Shown: positions 27,048 through 38,603 of the stretch, one piece after another
How positions within the stretch are numbered: position 1 is the stretch's first letter
How the letters are laid out: every line of letters starts with the position of its first letter
From: an uncultured Pseudomonadota bacterium
GTDB lineage: Bacteria; Oederibacteriota; Muellerivitia; Muellerivitales; Muellerivitaceae
Direction: 5' to 3'
DNA length: 44,330 bases
Assembly (NCBI GenBank): GCA_963843375.1
Contig: CAWJKT010000002.1
Location: forward strand, 1 to 44,330
Notes under the pieces: model-generated
The model's input: the letters and a program-made list of their open reading frames with translations, nothing else
Database searches by the model: none
Told to the model about the DNA's origin: nothing
Translations under genes and position numbers: made by a program

Positions 27048-29348
27048 CTACCAGGGCTTCAAGAGAGATGTTTGTGGTTCTTTTCCGTCCCGAGCCATTT
27101 TAAGGGTATAAACCAAAGCTTCTCCAGGGGTACGGTCACCCTTCATCTTTAAACGAATGATTGAATATGATGGAATTTCAAAATCATACCGTTGGTCCAA
27201 CCCCGCGTCCACCATCAAGTCGGTCGCTTTGCCGTTTAAAAGGATGTTGGGCCTCCAATAACGGTCCCCCTTGTTGATGATCATTAGGGTTACGTCTTTG
27301 GCTTTCGGGTCCTGGGTGGCGTAAACCGAAATATCCGATTTTTGTACGACCGCTGTGATGACTTTTCCCCGGTTCATTAAACTCCAAAGTTTCAATGCCC
27401 AATAGGATGGATTGGGCTGAAAAGAAGCAGCGGATAAATCCCTAAGTTCAGGCCAAGAGGAAGAAATATCCATTGACAAACCCTGTTTTAAATCAATTCC
27501 CTTCTTATCCGCTTCCCATAAGGCGCACCAAAAATCCAGGGCGATGGCGTCCTCTTTCGTTTTGGCGGTCACTCCCTCGGAACAAGCCTTCCCTCCCGTA
27601 ACCAACAAGGGGATATTCAAATCCGAGTTCTCGGAAATCTTGTCCTTGACGACTTGGAGCACTTCCGCCTCATGGCGTAAATCCGCCAAAAGAGACTGCG
27701 ACGTCAATGATACGGATTTTGAAAGCGCGAAGCGGTGAATGGAAACCCCATTCACAATATCGCCGCTATATTGGAGAAAAGGCGTAACCCAATCATCTTC
27801 CGCCTCGGTATATTTCGAGGAAAGTTCAGGGCCCAATATGAAAACCGAAGAGTCTTCCTTCTTCATGGCGTTATAAACTTCACGATAGTTGTTGATGTAA
27901 TCATAAACATTGTATTTCCCCGGTTCCAAATTATTGCCCAAATCGGGTTCATTCCCAATTGCCCAATACCGGACTTTGTATTTCCTGTCTACATTACAAT
28001 AGTGAATCCAATCAGCCCCCATTGTTAGGTTCTGGGAATCCAATGGAACCGTCACCATTGGTTCAGCTCCGAGTTGACGGGCGTATGCAATAAATTGATC
28101 CAATACCATGCCGCATTCTTGCGGTGTCAAAAGGGAAACGGGAGCCTGTAAACGGATCAATCCCAGATTCATTGGCTTCATCCATTCTTGAGAAGCCGAT
28201 AGTGCCGAATCAAACGCTTGCGGAGAACCAAACGGTAATGTCAGACCGAGAAAAAAGGGACTGACATGATCCTTCAAGGGCGTGAGTTCGGCAGGCAGGG
28301 GAGACAAAGAGAGGGTGACTGGATTTTTTTTGGGGGGGCACTCCGCAAAGGAACTGACATAACCGTTCTTCGAAGCATAAAAAACCGTCTGGTCATAGAT
28401 TTTTATTTTTTTCGTCTCAAAATGACCATGAATATCCGAGAAAGACTCCTGGGTTTTGGGCCAGGTGGTCACCTTGGCTCCCGCCAAGGGGTTACCTTGG
28501 CCATCCAACACATTTCCTTCCACCACCCGATATCCGGAATAAGTGGCGCCCTTGGTTCCATCGGAAACCAATCCGGCATACAAATCCTGAGGCTGCTCAA
28601 GGGGAACGGATTGTTCGATTTTTCCTATCCATTGGAGTTTAGACCAGGAGGAAGGATTTTCCCGATTGGAAGCGTCTCCGGTATAGTCTAATTGAACGAT
28701 ACGGTTTCCACTGACTTCCCCGCCCTCATCCAGGACCAGATCAAATCCCGCCGTATTTCCCTGGGCCAAATCCAATCCCTCGAAAAAAACGAGGGGAACA
28801 CAAATCTCCATCAAATAGCCTTTCAAGGTGCTCCTCGCGTTGATCCGACCTCCGGGGATGGGGGTATCCTTATTGAGGCAATACATCTGTGGATTTCTGC
28901 AGTCATTTCCGGGTGAAAAAGCAATCTGGTAATCCCCCCGGCTCAACCTCGATTGTCGGTCGAATTGGGAATGGGTGGAAAGAAACAGTTCCAGGCAGTC
29001 CCCATTGGGAAGCGAAAGCTTTTCGTTGTCATTAACGACTTTTTTTCCGCTTTTTTGGACGATAGCTGCGACATAGAGATATTGCTCGTCATAGGTGAGA
29101 AAAACCCTGCAACTGAAATCCAACTCTCCTTTCCAGTAAGCCTTCCCGTAGGTCACCTGGTTTTTGCGGTTCAACAGAATCATGCGAGCGGAGGGCCAAT
29201 CGTTTAAATGCCCGTCCACCCTGATGGGGACATCGGCTTCGTCGATAGTGATGGCCGTGGGAACGGGCGTCTGGGCGAAAAGGAAATCGGGGCACAAACA
29301 ACTCCCCAACAACGCTATAATCCAAAAACAAAAGAAAGGGATTGTCAT
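27048..29348 (-). CDS. Secreted multidomain protein: CBM9/DOMON-like sugar-binding domain, carboxypeptidase-regulatory-like domain and clan GH-A (GH44/51/39-like) TIM barrel
   Basis: Signal peptide; IRVDGHLNDW, YDEQYLYVA, GDCLELF, GYLMEICVP (CBM9-like); GNVLDGQGNPLAGAKV; YWAIGNEPD, AMKKEDSSVFILGP, VSIHRF. Confidence 0.7.
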   Translation of the reverse strand: MTIPFFCFWIIALLGSCLCPDFLFAQTPVPTAITIDEADVPIRVDGHLNDWPSARMILLNRKNQVTYGKAYWKGELDFSCRVFLTYDEQYLYVAAIVQKSGKKVVNDNEKLSLPNGDCLELFLSTHSQFDRQSRLSRGDYQIAFSPGNDCRNPQMYCLNKDTPIPGGRINARSTLKGYLMEICVPLVFFEGLDLAQGNTAGFDLVLDEGGEVSGNRIVQLDYTGDASNRENPSSWSKLQWIGKIEQSVPLEQPQDLYAGLVSDGTKGATYSGYRVVEGNVLDGQGNPLAGAKVTTWPKTQESFSDIHGHFETKKIKIYDQTVFYASKNGYVSSFAECPPKKNPVTLSLSPLPAELTPLKDHVSPFFLGLTLPFGSPQAFDSALSASQEWMKPMNLGLIRLQAPVSLLTPQECGMVLDQFIAYARQLGAEPMVTVPLDSQNLTMGADWIHYCNVDRKYKVRYWAIGNEPDLGNNLEPGKYNVYDYINNYREVYNAMKKEDSSVFILGPELSSKYTEAEDDWVTPFLQYSGDIVNGVSIHRFALSKSVSLTSQSLLADLRHEAEVLQVVKDKISENSDLNIPLLVTGGKACSEGVTAKTKEDAIALDFWCALWEADKKGIDLKQGLSMDISSSWPELRDLSAASFQPNPSYWALKLWSLMNRGKVITAVVQKSDISVYATQDPKAKDVTLMIINKGDRYWRPNILLNGKATDLMVDAGLDQRYDFEIPSYSIIRLKMKGDRTPGEALVYTLKMARDGKEPQTSLLKPW

Positions 29349-29360
29349 GAACCCCGCCGC

Positions 29361-29795
29361 TTAATGACCATATCCTTGATATTGATATTCGTTTTCCTGC
29401 CACCATTTCAGCCACAAGCGGCCGGGATTTTCATCAGTGTTAATCCACTTTCTGTTCCCGGCGTATTGATAGATGTCCACCCCTGTTATATCCCGCATCA
29501 GTTCGCTCCAAACAAATTGTTTATCCGTCTGGAGTTTCAAAACCAGGAAAGGCAAATATTTTTTTCCGCCCTGTAAGATTTCATTGTACACGTCGATATC
29601 AACCGCGAAAGCGTCGTCCACTCTAACGTTCTTATCGATGGATTTGGACTCTATATTTCCGGTGAAAAGATGGCGGCTCAAATAGCCAAACCGCATCCTG
29701 TCCTGGTTCGAAAGGAAATAAAGGACCAACAAAAAAATCAATACCCAAAGATGCGGATATTTTTTTTCCCCTGTCGTATCGAGTTCTGGATTCAT
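29361..29795 (-). CDS. Hypothetical membrane-anchored protein
   Basis: ATG 29795 preferred because the longer ORF start overlaps the upstream terminator. Single transmembrane segment LWVLIFLLVLYFL; C-terminal WLKWWQEN. Confidence 0.55.
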   Translation of the reverse strand: MNPELDTTGEKKYPHLWVLIFLLVLYFLSNQDRMRFGYLSRHLFTGNIESKSIDKNVRVDDAFAVDIDVYNEILQGGKKYLPFLVLKLQTDKQFVWSELMRDITGVDIYQYAGNRKWINTDENPGRLWLKWWQENEYQYQGYGH

Positions 29796-29821
29796 CGGTT
29801 TATTGACCCTTTCCGAAAAAT

Positions 29822-29850
29822 AAAAAGGGCGGACACTTGGGTCCACCCCT
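29822..29850 (-). terminator. Intrinsic terminator after gltD (REP-like hairpin)
   Basis: On the - strand: GGGTGGAC-CCAAGT-GTCCGCCC followed by TTTTT, about 40 nt after the gltD stop. Confidence 0.7.
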
Positions 29851-29890
29851 TCATTAACTCAAAAACCACCAAATCGTTTCTTCTCATCTC

Positions 29891-31340
29891 TTACAAAGGA
29901 GAAGCCAAAGTGGTTTCCTCCATCAAATACTGGTCCACGCCCCGGGCTGCGGCCCGACCTTCAGCGATGGCCCAGACGATCAAGGATTGACCGCGGGTCA
30001 TGTCCCCCGCCACGAAGACTCCGGGCACATTGGTCATTTTGTTGGCGTCGGCTTTGACATTGGACCTCTGATCCAATTCGATACCTAGCTTTTCGAACAG
30101 CGGATTCTTTTCAGGGCCTAAAAAACCCATGGCCAAAAACACCAAATCCGCAGGTAGCTCCATTTCGCTCCCGGCGATTTCTTGCAATTTCGGCGGGCCA
30201 GCCGGTCCTGGGGAACCCAATCCACCTTGATCAGCTGGAGTTTTTTCAAAACGCCGTTTTCCCCCAAAAATTGCTTAGTTGAAACACTATAGAGGATTTC
30301 TCCGCCCTCCTCGTGGGCCGGGGCTAGTCCGCAAAATGCGGGCCCATTGGGGCCAGGGATTGTCCGCGGGCGCGTTCGGCCGGGGGTTTGGGTAAAAGTT
30401 CCAAGGATGTCACGCTTTTGGCTCCCTGTCGGTGGGCTGTTCCGATGCAGTCAGCACCCGTATCGCCCCCTCCCAGGATAATGACATGTTTATCTTTCGC
30501 ATTTATCTGATTTTCAACCTTGTCACCTTCTTGCACCTTGTTGGACTGGGGAAGGTATTCCATGGCGAAATAAACGCCCTTCAAGTCGCGACCCGGAACC
30601 GGCAGGTTGCGGGCCTGGGTGGCTCCACCCGCCAGCACGATCGCGTCAAAATTCTTCTGTAAATCCTCAATGGGAACATTATGGCCAATGTTGGAGTTGG
30701 TCTTAAATTCCACTCCCTCGGCCTTCATTTGATCCATGCGGCGATTCAAATGACGTTTTTCCATTTTAAATTCCGGGATTCCATAGCGAAGTAATCCACC
30801 AATGCGGTCCGCGCGCTCAAATACCGTTACCTTGTGCCCCACCCGGGCCAATTGCTGAGCGCAAGCGAGGCCTGCGGGTCCCGATCCAATTACCGCCACC
30901 TTTTTACCCGTGAGGGTTTGAGGCGGCATCGGTTTGACCCAACCCTGCTTCCAAGCGTAATCAATGATGGAAACTTCAATCTGTTTGATGGTAACCGGTT
31001 GTTTATAAACATCCAGACCCAGCGTACAGGAATTCTCACAGGGTGCCGGACAAAGGCGCCCGGTGAATTCAGGGAAATTGTTGGTGGCGTGAAGCCGTTC
31101 AATGGCTTCCTGCCAGCGATCGCGATAAACCAGGTCATTCCAATCCGGTATGATATTGCCGAGGGGGCAGCCCTGATGGCAGAAAGGGATGCCACAATCC
31201 ATGCAGCGACCCGCCTGGTCCTTCAGGTGGGAGGGCTCCATCGGGAGCATATATTCTTTCCAGTCCTTCACGCGCTCGGGAATGGGCCGTTTGTGGGGAG
31301 CTTCCCGCCCCGATTCCATAAATCCAGTTGGTTTTCCCAT
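29891..31340 (-). CDS. gltD: Glutamate synthase small subunit, frameshifts near 30368 and 30200-30215
   Basis: [49 protein letters not shown]. Hand-restored DNPWPQW..RTSPAHEEGG; C-terminal [19 protein letters not shown]. Confidence 0.95.
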
Positions 31341-31351
31341 TTTCTCTTTCC

Positions 31352-34300
31352 TTAAGCGACAGCCACGGGCGTGGCCGCGGCGTCTTTTTGGGCCTGAAGG
31401 GCCTTTTTATACTCCACCGGCATAACTTTGATGAATTGTTTGGATACTTTATCCCAAGCTTTCAGGATATTTTCAGCCACGTTGCTACCGGTGTAATCCT
31501 TGTGCTTCCTTAATATGTCTTGGATGAATTTTTCATCCGCCGGTTCCAGTTCCTCGAAAGCAACCATTTCCTTGTTGCAACGGACTTCAAAATCGCCGGC
31601 TTTGTCCCAAACATAAGCGATCCCACCCGACATACCGGCTCCGAAATTACGGCCCGTATCCCCTATGACGATCACCCGGCCCCCGGTCATGTATTCGCAC
31701 CCATGATCTCCTACGCCTTCCACGACCGCCTCGACACCCGAATTACGTACTCCAAAACGCTCGCCCGCCCGGCCTCGAATATAAACTTCCCCGCTGGTAG
31801 CCCCGTAAAGGAGGACGTTTCCGACGATAATATTTTCTTCGGGAACCAAGGTGGAATCCTTGGATGGATAAACCATGATTTTTCCGCCGCAAAGCCCTTT
31901 GCCCAAATAATCGTTGGCGTCGCCTTCCAGGCGCATCGTCATTCCCCTTGGCACGAAAGCCGCGAAACTATTGCCCGCCGAGCCTTTAAAGGTAATCTGA
32001 ATTGTGTCGTCCGGCAGACCCTTGGCACCATGTTTTCGAGAGATTTCCGCCCCCACCATAGTTCCAACGGTTCGATTGATGTTGCGAATTGGCAGTTCAA
32101 ACTTTACAGGCTTTTTTTCCTCCAAAGCGGGTTTGCAACGCTCCAAGAGAACTTCGTTGTCCAAAGCTTTGTCCAATGCGTGATCCTGTTTTTGAACACA
32201 GTAAACCGGACCCAGGTTCGATTCTATCGGCCTGTAGAAGATTGCTGAAAGGTCCAATCCCTTGGATTTCCAATGGGAGATGGCCTCGTTCATTTCCAAA
32301 AGTTCCGAATGACCAACCATCTCATTAATGTTCTTGAAACCTAATTCAGCCATGATCTCCCGCAGTTCCTCGGCGATGAACATCATGAAGTTGACCACGT
32401 ACTCGGGCTTCCCGGTGAACTTCTTGCGAAGTTCGGGATTTTGCGTGGCGATTCCGACCGGACAGGTATCCAAGTGGCAGACGCGCATCATGATGCAACC
32501 TTCCGCCACAAGAGCGGCGGTGGCAAACCCAAATTCCTCCGCACCTAAAAGGCAGGCAATAGCCACATCCCTGCCGGTTTTGAGCTGGCCGTCGGTTTGG
32601 ACCGTGATTCGGTCCCGAAGCCGGTTTTTCACCAGAATTTGGTGCGTTTCCGCCAGTCCTAACTCCCAAGGAGCCCCGGCGAATTTGATGGAGGTCAGGG
32701 GCGAAGCGCCCGTCCCGCCGTCATGGCCGCTGATCAAAACATGGTCAGCATGGGCCTTGCAAACCCCGGCGGCGACCGTGCCCACGCCCATTTCCGCGAC
32801 TAGCTTCACGGAAATGCGGGCGTACTTGTTGGCGTTCTTGAGGTCATGGATCAATTGGGCCAGGTCTTCAATGGAATAAATATCATGGTGCGGGGGGGGG
32901 GAAATGAGCCCCACGAAAGGAGTCGCGAACCGGGTCTTGGCGATCCAAGGGTAAACTTTCTTAGCAGGCAACTGCCCGCCCTCGCCCGGCTTGGCCCCCT
33001 GGGCCATCTTGATCTGGAGTTCCTTGGCGTTCACCATGTAATGACTGGTCACGCCGAAACGGCCCGAGGCCACTTGCTTGATGGCGGAATTACGCGAATC
33101 CCCGTTGGGATCCGGGATATAGCGGTCGTCATCCTCGCCGCCCTCGCCCGTGTTCGACTTGCCCCCGATGCGGTTCATGGCAATCGCCAAAGTCTGATGG
33201 GCTTCCTTGCTGATGGAACCGTAAGACATTGCTCCGGTTGCGAAACGCTTCACGATTTCCGTGACGGGCTCCACTTGATCAATGGGAATGGGATTTCCCT
33301 TCTTGAATTTAAAAAGCCCCCTTAAGGTGGCCAGCGCCCTCGACTGTTCGTTGACATCGGCGGAATAGAGCTTGAAAGACTTATAATTGTTCGTGCGAAC
33401 GGCGTTTTGGAGCTTATGCACCGTGTCGGGATTGAAAAGGTGCTTTTCCCCGTCACGACGCCACTGATATTTGCCGCCCCAGTCCAAATCCAATTCTCGC
33501 GAAGGCCTTTCGGGAAATGCTCCCCGATGACGTTTTTCGGATTCCAAGGCCACTTCGATAATACCGATCCCTTGAATACGGGTTGCGGTCCAGGTGAAAT
33601 ACTTGTCAATGAATTCAGCGTTGAGCCCCACCGCTTCGAAGATCTGGGCGCCCCTATAACTTTGAATGGTTGAAATGCCCATCTTGGACATGACCTTCAC
33701 GATTCCCTTATTAGCGGCCTTAATATATTTTTTGACGGCGGTTTTATGGTCGATTTCCGCCGGAAGGATCTTGCGGCGGATCATGTCATCCAACGTCTCG
33801 AAAGCCAAATAAGGGTTAATGGCATTGGCGCCGTACCCCAAAAGCAGGGCGAAATGGTGCACTTCGCGTGGCTCGCCCGATTCGACGATCAATCCCACTT
33901 TGGTGCGCTCCCCATTCTTAATTAAATGATGGTGGACTCCCGCAGTGGCCAAGAGGCTGGGAATGGGGGCGTTATCGTGATCCAACCCGCGATCAGATAG
34001 GATGATGATTTGATAACCGTTTTTAACCGCCTGGCTGGCTTTTTCCCGGACTTCCTCAATGGCCTTGGCCAATCCCTTGCCGCCCTCCGAAACCTTGTAA
34101 AGAATAGGAAGGGTAATCGCTTTGAAATTTTTATATTGAATGTGGGTAAACTTCGCCAATTCGTCATTATCTAAGACCGGGCTTTTGAGCTCGATTTGTC
34201 GACAGGATTCAGCCGTCGGCTTTAAAAGATTGCCTTCCGGCCCCACGGAAGTATTTACCGTCGTCACCAGTTCTTCACGGATGGCGTCTAGAGGGGGATT

Positions 34301-35899
34301 CGTGACTTGGGCGAACAATTGGCGGAAATAGTTAAAGAGGGGCTGGGATTGATTGGAAAGAATCGCCAGGGGGGTGTCGTCGCCCATGGAACCGATGGCT
34401 TCTTCCCCATTGGTTGCCATGGGGGCCATCAGGATTCGAACATCCTCATGGGTATAGCCGAAGGCTTTTTGTCGTTTTAAAACCGTGTCGTGGTCCGGCT
34501 CGGGCACGTGGGGGGCATGAGGCAATTTTTCCAAGCTGGTCAGGTTGTCCTTGAGCCATTCGCCGTAAGGTTGGGCTTTGGCGATTTTTTCTTTGAGTTC
34601 GGTATCGTCAATAATGCGGCCTTCGGTCATGTCGATGAGGAACATTTTGCCTGGTTCCAGGCGACCCTTCTTGGCCACACGGACGGGTTCAATTTCCAAA
34701 ACACCCACCTCGGATGCCATGATGACCAAATCATCCTTAGTCACGTAATAGCGGGAGGGCCTTAATCCGTTACGGTCCAAAACCGCGCCGATCACCTTTC
34801 CGTCAGTAAAGGCGATGGAAGCAGGTCCATCCCAAGGTTCCATTAAACAGGAATGATAATGGTAAAAGTCCTTCTTATATTGAGGCATGGTCGCGTGGCC
34901 AGTCCAAGCTTCGGGGATCATCATCATCATGGCATGGGGCAGTCCCCGGCCTGCCATAACTAGGATTTCCAAAGCATTGTCGAAAGTCGCCGAATCAGAT
35001 TGTCCTTCCCGGACAATGGGCAAAAGGCTTTTCATTTCCTTCGAGGTGTAATGATCGCTATCAAAGAGGGCTTCCCTGGCGTGCATCCAGTTGATATTTC
35101 CCCGCAACGTGTTGATTTCGCCGTTGTGGGCGATATAGCGAAAAGGATGCGCCAAATCCCAGGAAGGAAAGGTATTGGTGGAGAAACGGGAATGGACCAG
35201 AGCTAAAGCCGATTCCACTTCCGGATCCCTCAAGTCCCTGAAATAAGGGGCCACTTGGCCCGGAGTCAGCATTCCCTTATAAACCAGAGTCCTGCAGGAG
35301 AGGCTGGCCACGTAAAAAAGATGCTTTTCGGTGAGGATAGAAGAAGCAATCGCGTTTTCAACCCGCTTACGGATGAGAAAGAGTTTTCGTTCAAAGGCGT
35401 CCGTGTCATTAATTTCCTTGGATTTGCCGATGAAAATTTGTTTCATGATGGGTTCGGAGGCTCGGGCCGTCGGGCCAATTTCGGAGTTGTCGGTAGGCAC
35501 CAGGCGCCAGCCCAGGAGGACTTGGCCTTCTTCTTGGACGATCTTGGTGAAGATATCCTCGCAAAACTTGATATGGTCGGTCAGTTTCGGCAAAAAAATC
35601 GCCCCGACTCCATATTCGCCCTCCGGGGGCAAGGTCAGGTTGAAAGTGGCGGCGTTCTTGCGGAAAAACTTATCCGGAATTTGGATGAGTATTCCAGCCC
35701 CGTCGCCGGTATTCGTTTCACAACCGCAAGCGCCGCGGTGAGAAAGGTTGATAAGAATTTCCACCCCTTGCTGGACGATTTCATGGGACTTCTTGTTTTT
35801 CATGTTGGCCACAAAACCCACACCGCAGGAATCTTTTCCCGCGTCGAAGGGCGCCAAAAGATTTTCGGTGGGTTTCAGGGGAGTGGGTTGTTCGGACAT
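31352..35899 (-). CDS. gltB: Glutamate synthase large subunit
   Basis: CGVGF (catalytic Cys), [60 protein letters not shown] Shine-Dalgarno. Confidence 0.98.
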   Translation of the reverse strand: MSEQPTPLKPTENLLAPFDAGKDSCGVGFVANMKNKKSHEIVQQGVEILINLSHRGACGCETNTGDGAGILIQIPDKFFRKNAATFNLTLPPEGEYGVGAIFLPKLTDHIKFCEDIFTKIVQEEGQVLLGWRLVPTDNSEIGPTARASEPIMKQIFIGKSKEINDTDAFERKLFLIRKRVENAIASSILTEKHLFYVASLSCRTLVYKGMLTPGQVAPYFRDLRDPEVESALALVHSRFSTNTFPSWDLAHPFRYIAHNGEINTLRGNINWMHAREALFDSDHYTSKEMKSLLPIVREGQSDSATFDNALEILVMAGRGLPHAMMMMIPEAWTGHATMPQYKKDFYHYHSCLMEPWDGPASIAFTDGKVIGAVLDRNGLRPSRYYVTKDDLVIMASEVGVLEIEPVRVAKKGRLEPGKMFLIDMTEGRIIDDTELKEKIAKAQPYGEWLKDNLTSLEKLPHAPHVPEPDHDTVLKRQKAFGYTHEDVRILMAPMATNGEEAIGSMGDDTPLAILSNQSQPLFNYFRQLFAQVTNPPLDAIREELVTTVNTSVGPEGNLLKPTAESCRQIELKSPVLDNDELAKFTHIQYKNFKAITLPILYKVSEGGKGLAKAIEEVREKASQAVKNGYQIIILSDRGLDHDNAPIPSLLATAGVHHHLIKNGERTKVGLIVESGEPREVHHFALLLGYGANAINPYLAFETLDDMIRRKILPAEIDHKTAVKKYIKAANKGIVKVMSKMGISTIQSYRGAQIFEAVGLNAEFIDKYFTWTATRIQGIGIIEVALESEKRHRGAFPERPSRELDLDWGGKYQWRRDGEKHLFNPDTVHKLQNAVRTNNYKSFKLYSADVNEQSRALATLRGLFKFKKGNPIPIDQVEPVTEIVKRFATGAMSYGSISKEAHQTLAIAMNRIGGKSNTGEGGEDDDRYIPDPNGDSRNSAIKQVASGRFGVTSHYMVNAKELQIKMAQGAKPGEGGQLPAKKVYPWIAKTRFATPFVGLISPPPHHDIYSIEDLAQLIHDLKNANKYARISVKLVAEMGVGTVAAGVCKAHADHVLISGHDGGTGASPLTSIKFAGAPWELGLAETHQILVKNRLRDRITVQTDGQLKTGRDVAIACLLGAEEFGFATAALVAEGCIMMRVCHLDTCPVGIATQNPELRKKFTGKPEYVVNFMMFIAEELREIMAELGFKNINEMVGHSELLEMNEAISHWKSKGLDLSAIFYRPIESNLGPVYCVQKQDHALDKALDNEVLLERCKPALEEKKPVKFELPIRNINRTVGTMVGAEISRKHGAKGLPDDTIQITFKGSAGNSFAAFVPRGMTMRLEGDANDYLGKGLCGGKIMVYPSKDSTLVPEENIIVGNVLLYGATSGEVYIRGRAGERFGVRNSGVEAVVEGVGDHGCEYMTGGRVIVIGDTGRNFGAGMSGGIAYVWDKAGDFEVRCNKEMVAFEELEPADEKFIQDILRKHKDYTGSNVAENILKAWDKVSKQFIKVMPVEYKKALQAQKDAAATPVAVA

Positions 35900-36007
35900 T
35901 TGATACTCCTTAAGCTCTCGAGCTCTTCTTTAGTAAAATTCGCCTTAGGGTGTAACCCGGAAATTGAACTTTCTTCGCGGGTTCTCACTGAACTGTTTTT
36001 TGGGGTT

Positions 36008-36034
36008 AAAAAAAGCGGCCTTTTGGGGGGCCGC
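36008..36034 (-). terminator. Intrinsic terminator-like hairpin upstream of gltB
   Basis: On the - strand: GCGGCC-CCCCAAAA-GGCCGC-TTTTTTT. Confidence 0.7.
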
Positions 36035-36325
36035 CGTCATCCGTCCTCATCGATTGGCTTGTTAAATTACAATATATAATACGCTTTTTCAAGCAAACTT
36101 CATACCAACCAGCAAAAGGTCCTGAAATCGTTAAGTTAAGCAAAACTTTTGATTTACGCCCTGTAAATCTTCATTCATTAATGCTGATTAGCAAATGTTT
36201 TTCGGGAGATTAAGACAAAACTGTTTCGAATCAACCAAATTTAAGCTTTGTTTGAAACTATTTTTATTCCTCAAAACCAAAAAAAATTCCCTAACAAATG
36301 CGCCAACCATTTTAAGCGGGGTGCC

Positions 36326-38542
36326 TTAAGGGGCCTCAAACCACACCACGGCGAGAGGGGGTAAAGAAATCAGAACCGAATAGGGCTGGCCATGGCATGG
36401 GATGAATTGGGCTTCCACACCGCCGCCGTTTCCGAAGTTACTTCCGCCATAAAGATGGGAATCGGTATTTAGTATCTCGCGGTAGAAACCTGCTTTGGGC
36501 ACACCCACCCGATAGCCACTCCGGATAACAGGTGAGAAATTACCCGTGACAAGAACTTGACTTCCAGTCCCCACCGACTTGCGAAGAAAAGCGACTGCGT
36601 TGTCATCGGCGTTGTTGGCATCAATCCATTGGAACCCCGCCGGATCCACATCCGCATCATACAGGGCCGGGTGGCTTTTATAAATCTTGTTTAAATCGAC
36701 GATTAGATTTTGCATCCGCCAATGGTCCGCCCACTGGGTTAAATGCCAGTCCAGGCTTTGGTTGTGGTTCCATTCGGAAAACTGCGCGAATTCACAGCCC
36801 ATAAAAAGCAGTTTTTTCCCCGGATGGGCCCACATGTAACCGTAAAGGGACCTCAGGTTCGCGAATTTCTGCCAACGATCACCCGGCATTTTATCGATCA
36901 TGGAGCATTTGCCGTGCACCACTTCGTCGTGGGAGATGGGAAGGACAAAATTTTCACTCCAAGCGTAGAGAAAGCCAAAAGTCAGGTTATTGTGGTCGTA
37001 ACGCCTATAAATGGAATCCCGGCTAAAGTAAAAAAGGGTGTCATGCATCCACCCCATGTTCCACTTAAATCCAAAACCCAACCCTCCCGTATAAGTGGGA
37101 CGGCTCACCCCAGGCCAAGCGGTCGATTCTTCGGCCACCATCAGAACGCCCGGGTGCTGGGCATAGACCACTTCATTGAGTTTTTTCAGGAAACTGATGG
37201 CCTCTAAATTTTCGTTACCACCAAACTGGTTGGGAACCCATTCCCCTTCCTTGCGGCTGTAATCCAGGTAAAGCATGGAAGCGACTGCGTCCAGTCGGAG
37301 CCCGTCCACGTGATACTCGGAAAGCCAAAAGAGGGCGTTGGAAAGCAGGAAGTTTCTCACTTCATTTCGGCCGAAGTTGAATACATAAGTGCCCCAGTCC
37401 GGGTGTTCTCCCTGCCGGGGATCGAGATGTTCGTAAAGGGCCGTGCCGTCGAACCGGCCAAGGGCGAATTCATCTTTGGGAAAATGGGCTGGAACCCAAT
37501 CCAGGATGACACCGATTCCCTTCTGGTGCAGGGTATCCACCAAATATTTGAAATCGTCCGGAGTGCCGAACCGGGAAGTCGGCGCGAAATAGGAGGACAC
37601 TTGGTAACCCCAGGATCCACCAAAAGGGTGCTCCATCACCGGCATGAATTCCACATGGGTAAAACCCATTTCCAAGATGTAATCGGTTAATTGCACCGCC
37701 ATTTCCCGGTAGGTCAAGGGTCGATTGCCTTCTCCGGGAACCTTTCGCCAGGATTCCGGATGTATTTCATAGATGGAAAGGGGCTTGTGAAGGGCATCCG
37801 TTTTTTTCCGGTTCTCCATCCATTCCAAATCGTTGAATCGGTATTTCGATTTGAATACGACGGAAGCGGTCAAAGGGGGCTTTTCGGTGGCAAAGGCGTA
37901 AGGGTCGGCCTTTAAAAGCCGCCTTCCGTCGTGTGTTCGAATCTCGAATTTATAGTTCATGCCCTCCGAGATTTCGGGGATGAAGATTTCCCATATACCC
38001 GACGAACCCATACGGCGCATGGGGTGAAGGCGCCCATCCCATCCATTGAAATCACCCACCACGCTGATACCCTTGGCGCCCGGCGCCCAAACCGCGAAGG
38101 AAACCCCCTCGACTCCTTGATGATGGATAAAATGGGCTCCCATCTTTTCATGGAGTTTCTCGTGATTTCCCTCGCCTAAAAGGTAGACATCCATGTCCCC
38201 CAAAGTGGGCCAAAAAGCATAGGGATCCCAATAGGTAAAAACTTTTTTTCCGGGATATTCGACTTTGACTTGATAAGGATTCGCCTCTTTTTTGCCTTCC
38301 AATAGGATTTCGAAGAAACCCGACGGCTCACAGGCAACCAAGGGGATTTCCTCCTTCCCTTCCGCAAGGATGGAAACCGCCAAGGCATCCGGGCGGTAAA
38401 CCCGAATCCTAAGTCCCTTTTTATCGGAATGAATTCCCAGAACCGAATGGGGATCGCCGTGACAAAGGGAAAGCAGAGGATGAAGATCATTGTCCGAAAT
38501 TGAAACTTTCGGGAGGAGGTTCTTTTTCTTTGCAGGAGGCAT
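36326..38542 (-). CDS. glgB: 1,4-alpha-glucan branching enzyme (GH13)
   Basis: [54 protein letters not shown]. Start placed at ATG 38542 (AAGGA Shine-Dalgarno). Confidence 0.96.
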   Translation of the reverse strand: MPPAKKKNLLPKVSISDNDLHPLLSLCHGDPHSVLGIHSDKKGLRIRVYRPDALAVSILAEGKEEIPLVACEPSGFFEILLEGKKEANPYQVKVEYPGKKVFTYWDPYAFWPTLGDMDVYLLGEGNHEKLHEKMGAHFIHHQGVEGVSFAVWAPGAKGISVVGDFNGWDGRLHPMRRMGSSGIWEIFIPEISEGMNYKFEIRTHDGRRLLKADPYAFATEKPPLTASVVFKSKYRFNDLEWMENRKKTDALHKPLSIYEIHPESWRKVPGEGNRPLTYREMAVQLTDYILEMGFTHVEFMPVMEHPFGGSWGYQVSSYFAPTSRFGTPDDFKYLVDTLHQKGIGVILDWVPAHFPKDEFALGRFDGTALYEHLDPRQGEHPDWGTYVFNFGRNEVRNFLLSNALFWLSEYHVDGLRLDAVASMLYLDYSRKEGEWVPNQFGGNENLEAISFLKKLNEVVYAQHPGVLMVAEESTAWPGVSRPTYTGGLGFGFKWNMGWMHDTLFYFSRDSIYRRYDHNNLTFGFLYAWSENFVLPISHDEVVHGKCSMIDKMPGDRWQKFANLRSLYGYMWAHPGKKLLFMGCEFAQFSEWNHNQSLDWHLTQWADHWRMQNLIVDLNKIYKSHPALYDADVDPAGFQWIDANNADDNAVAFLRKSVGTGSQVLVTGNFSPVIRSGYRVGVPKAGFYREILNTDSHLYGGSNFGNGGGVEAQFIPCHGQPYSVLISLPPLAVVWFEAP

Positions 38543-38603
38543 GGCTTTTATCCTTTTCAAAAGGGGCTTGGCGGAATCACCATCGGTTGCAAAGGGTACG
38601 GGT

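Noticed and set aside
31520..36079. Numerous + strand ORFs up to 274 aa within gltB
   Set aside because: Antisense shadows of gltB with no independent evidence.
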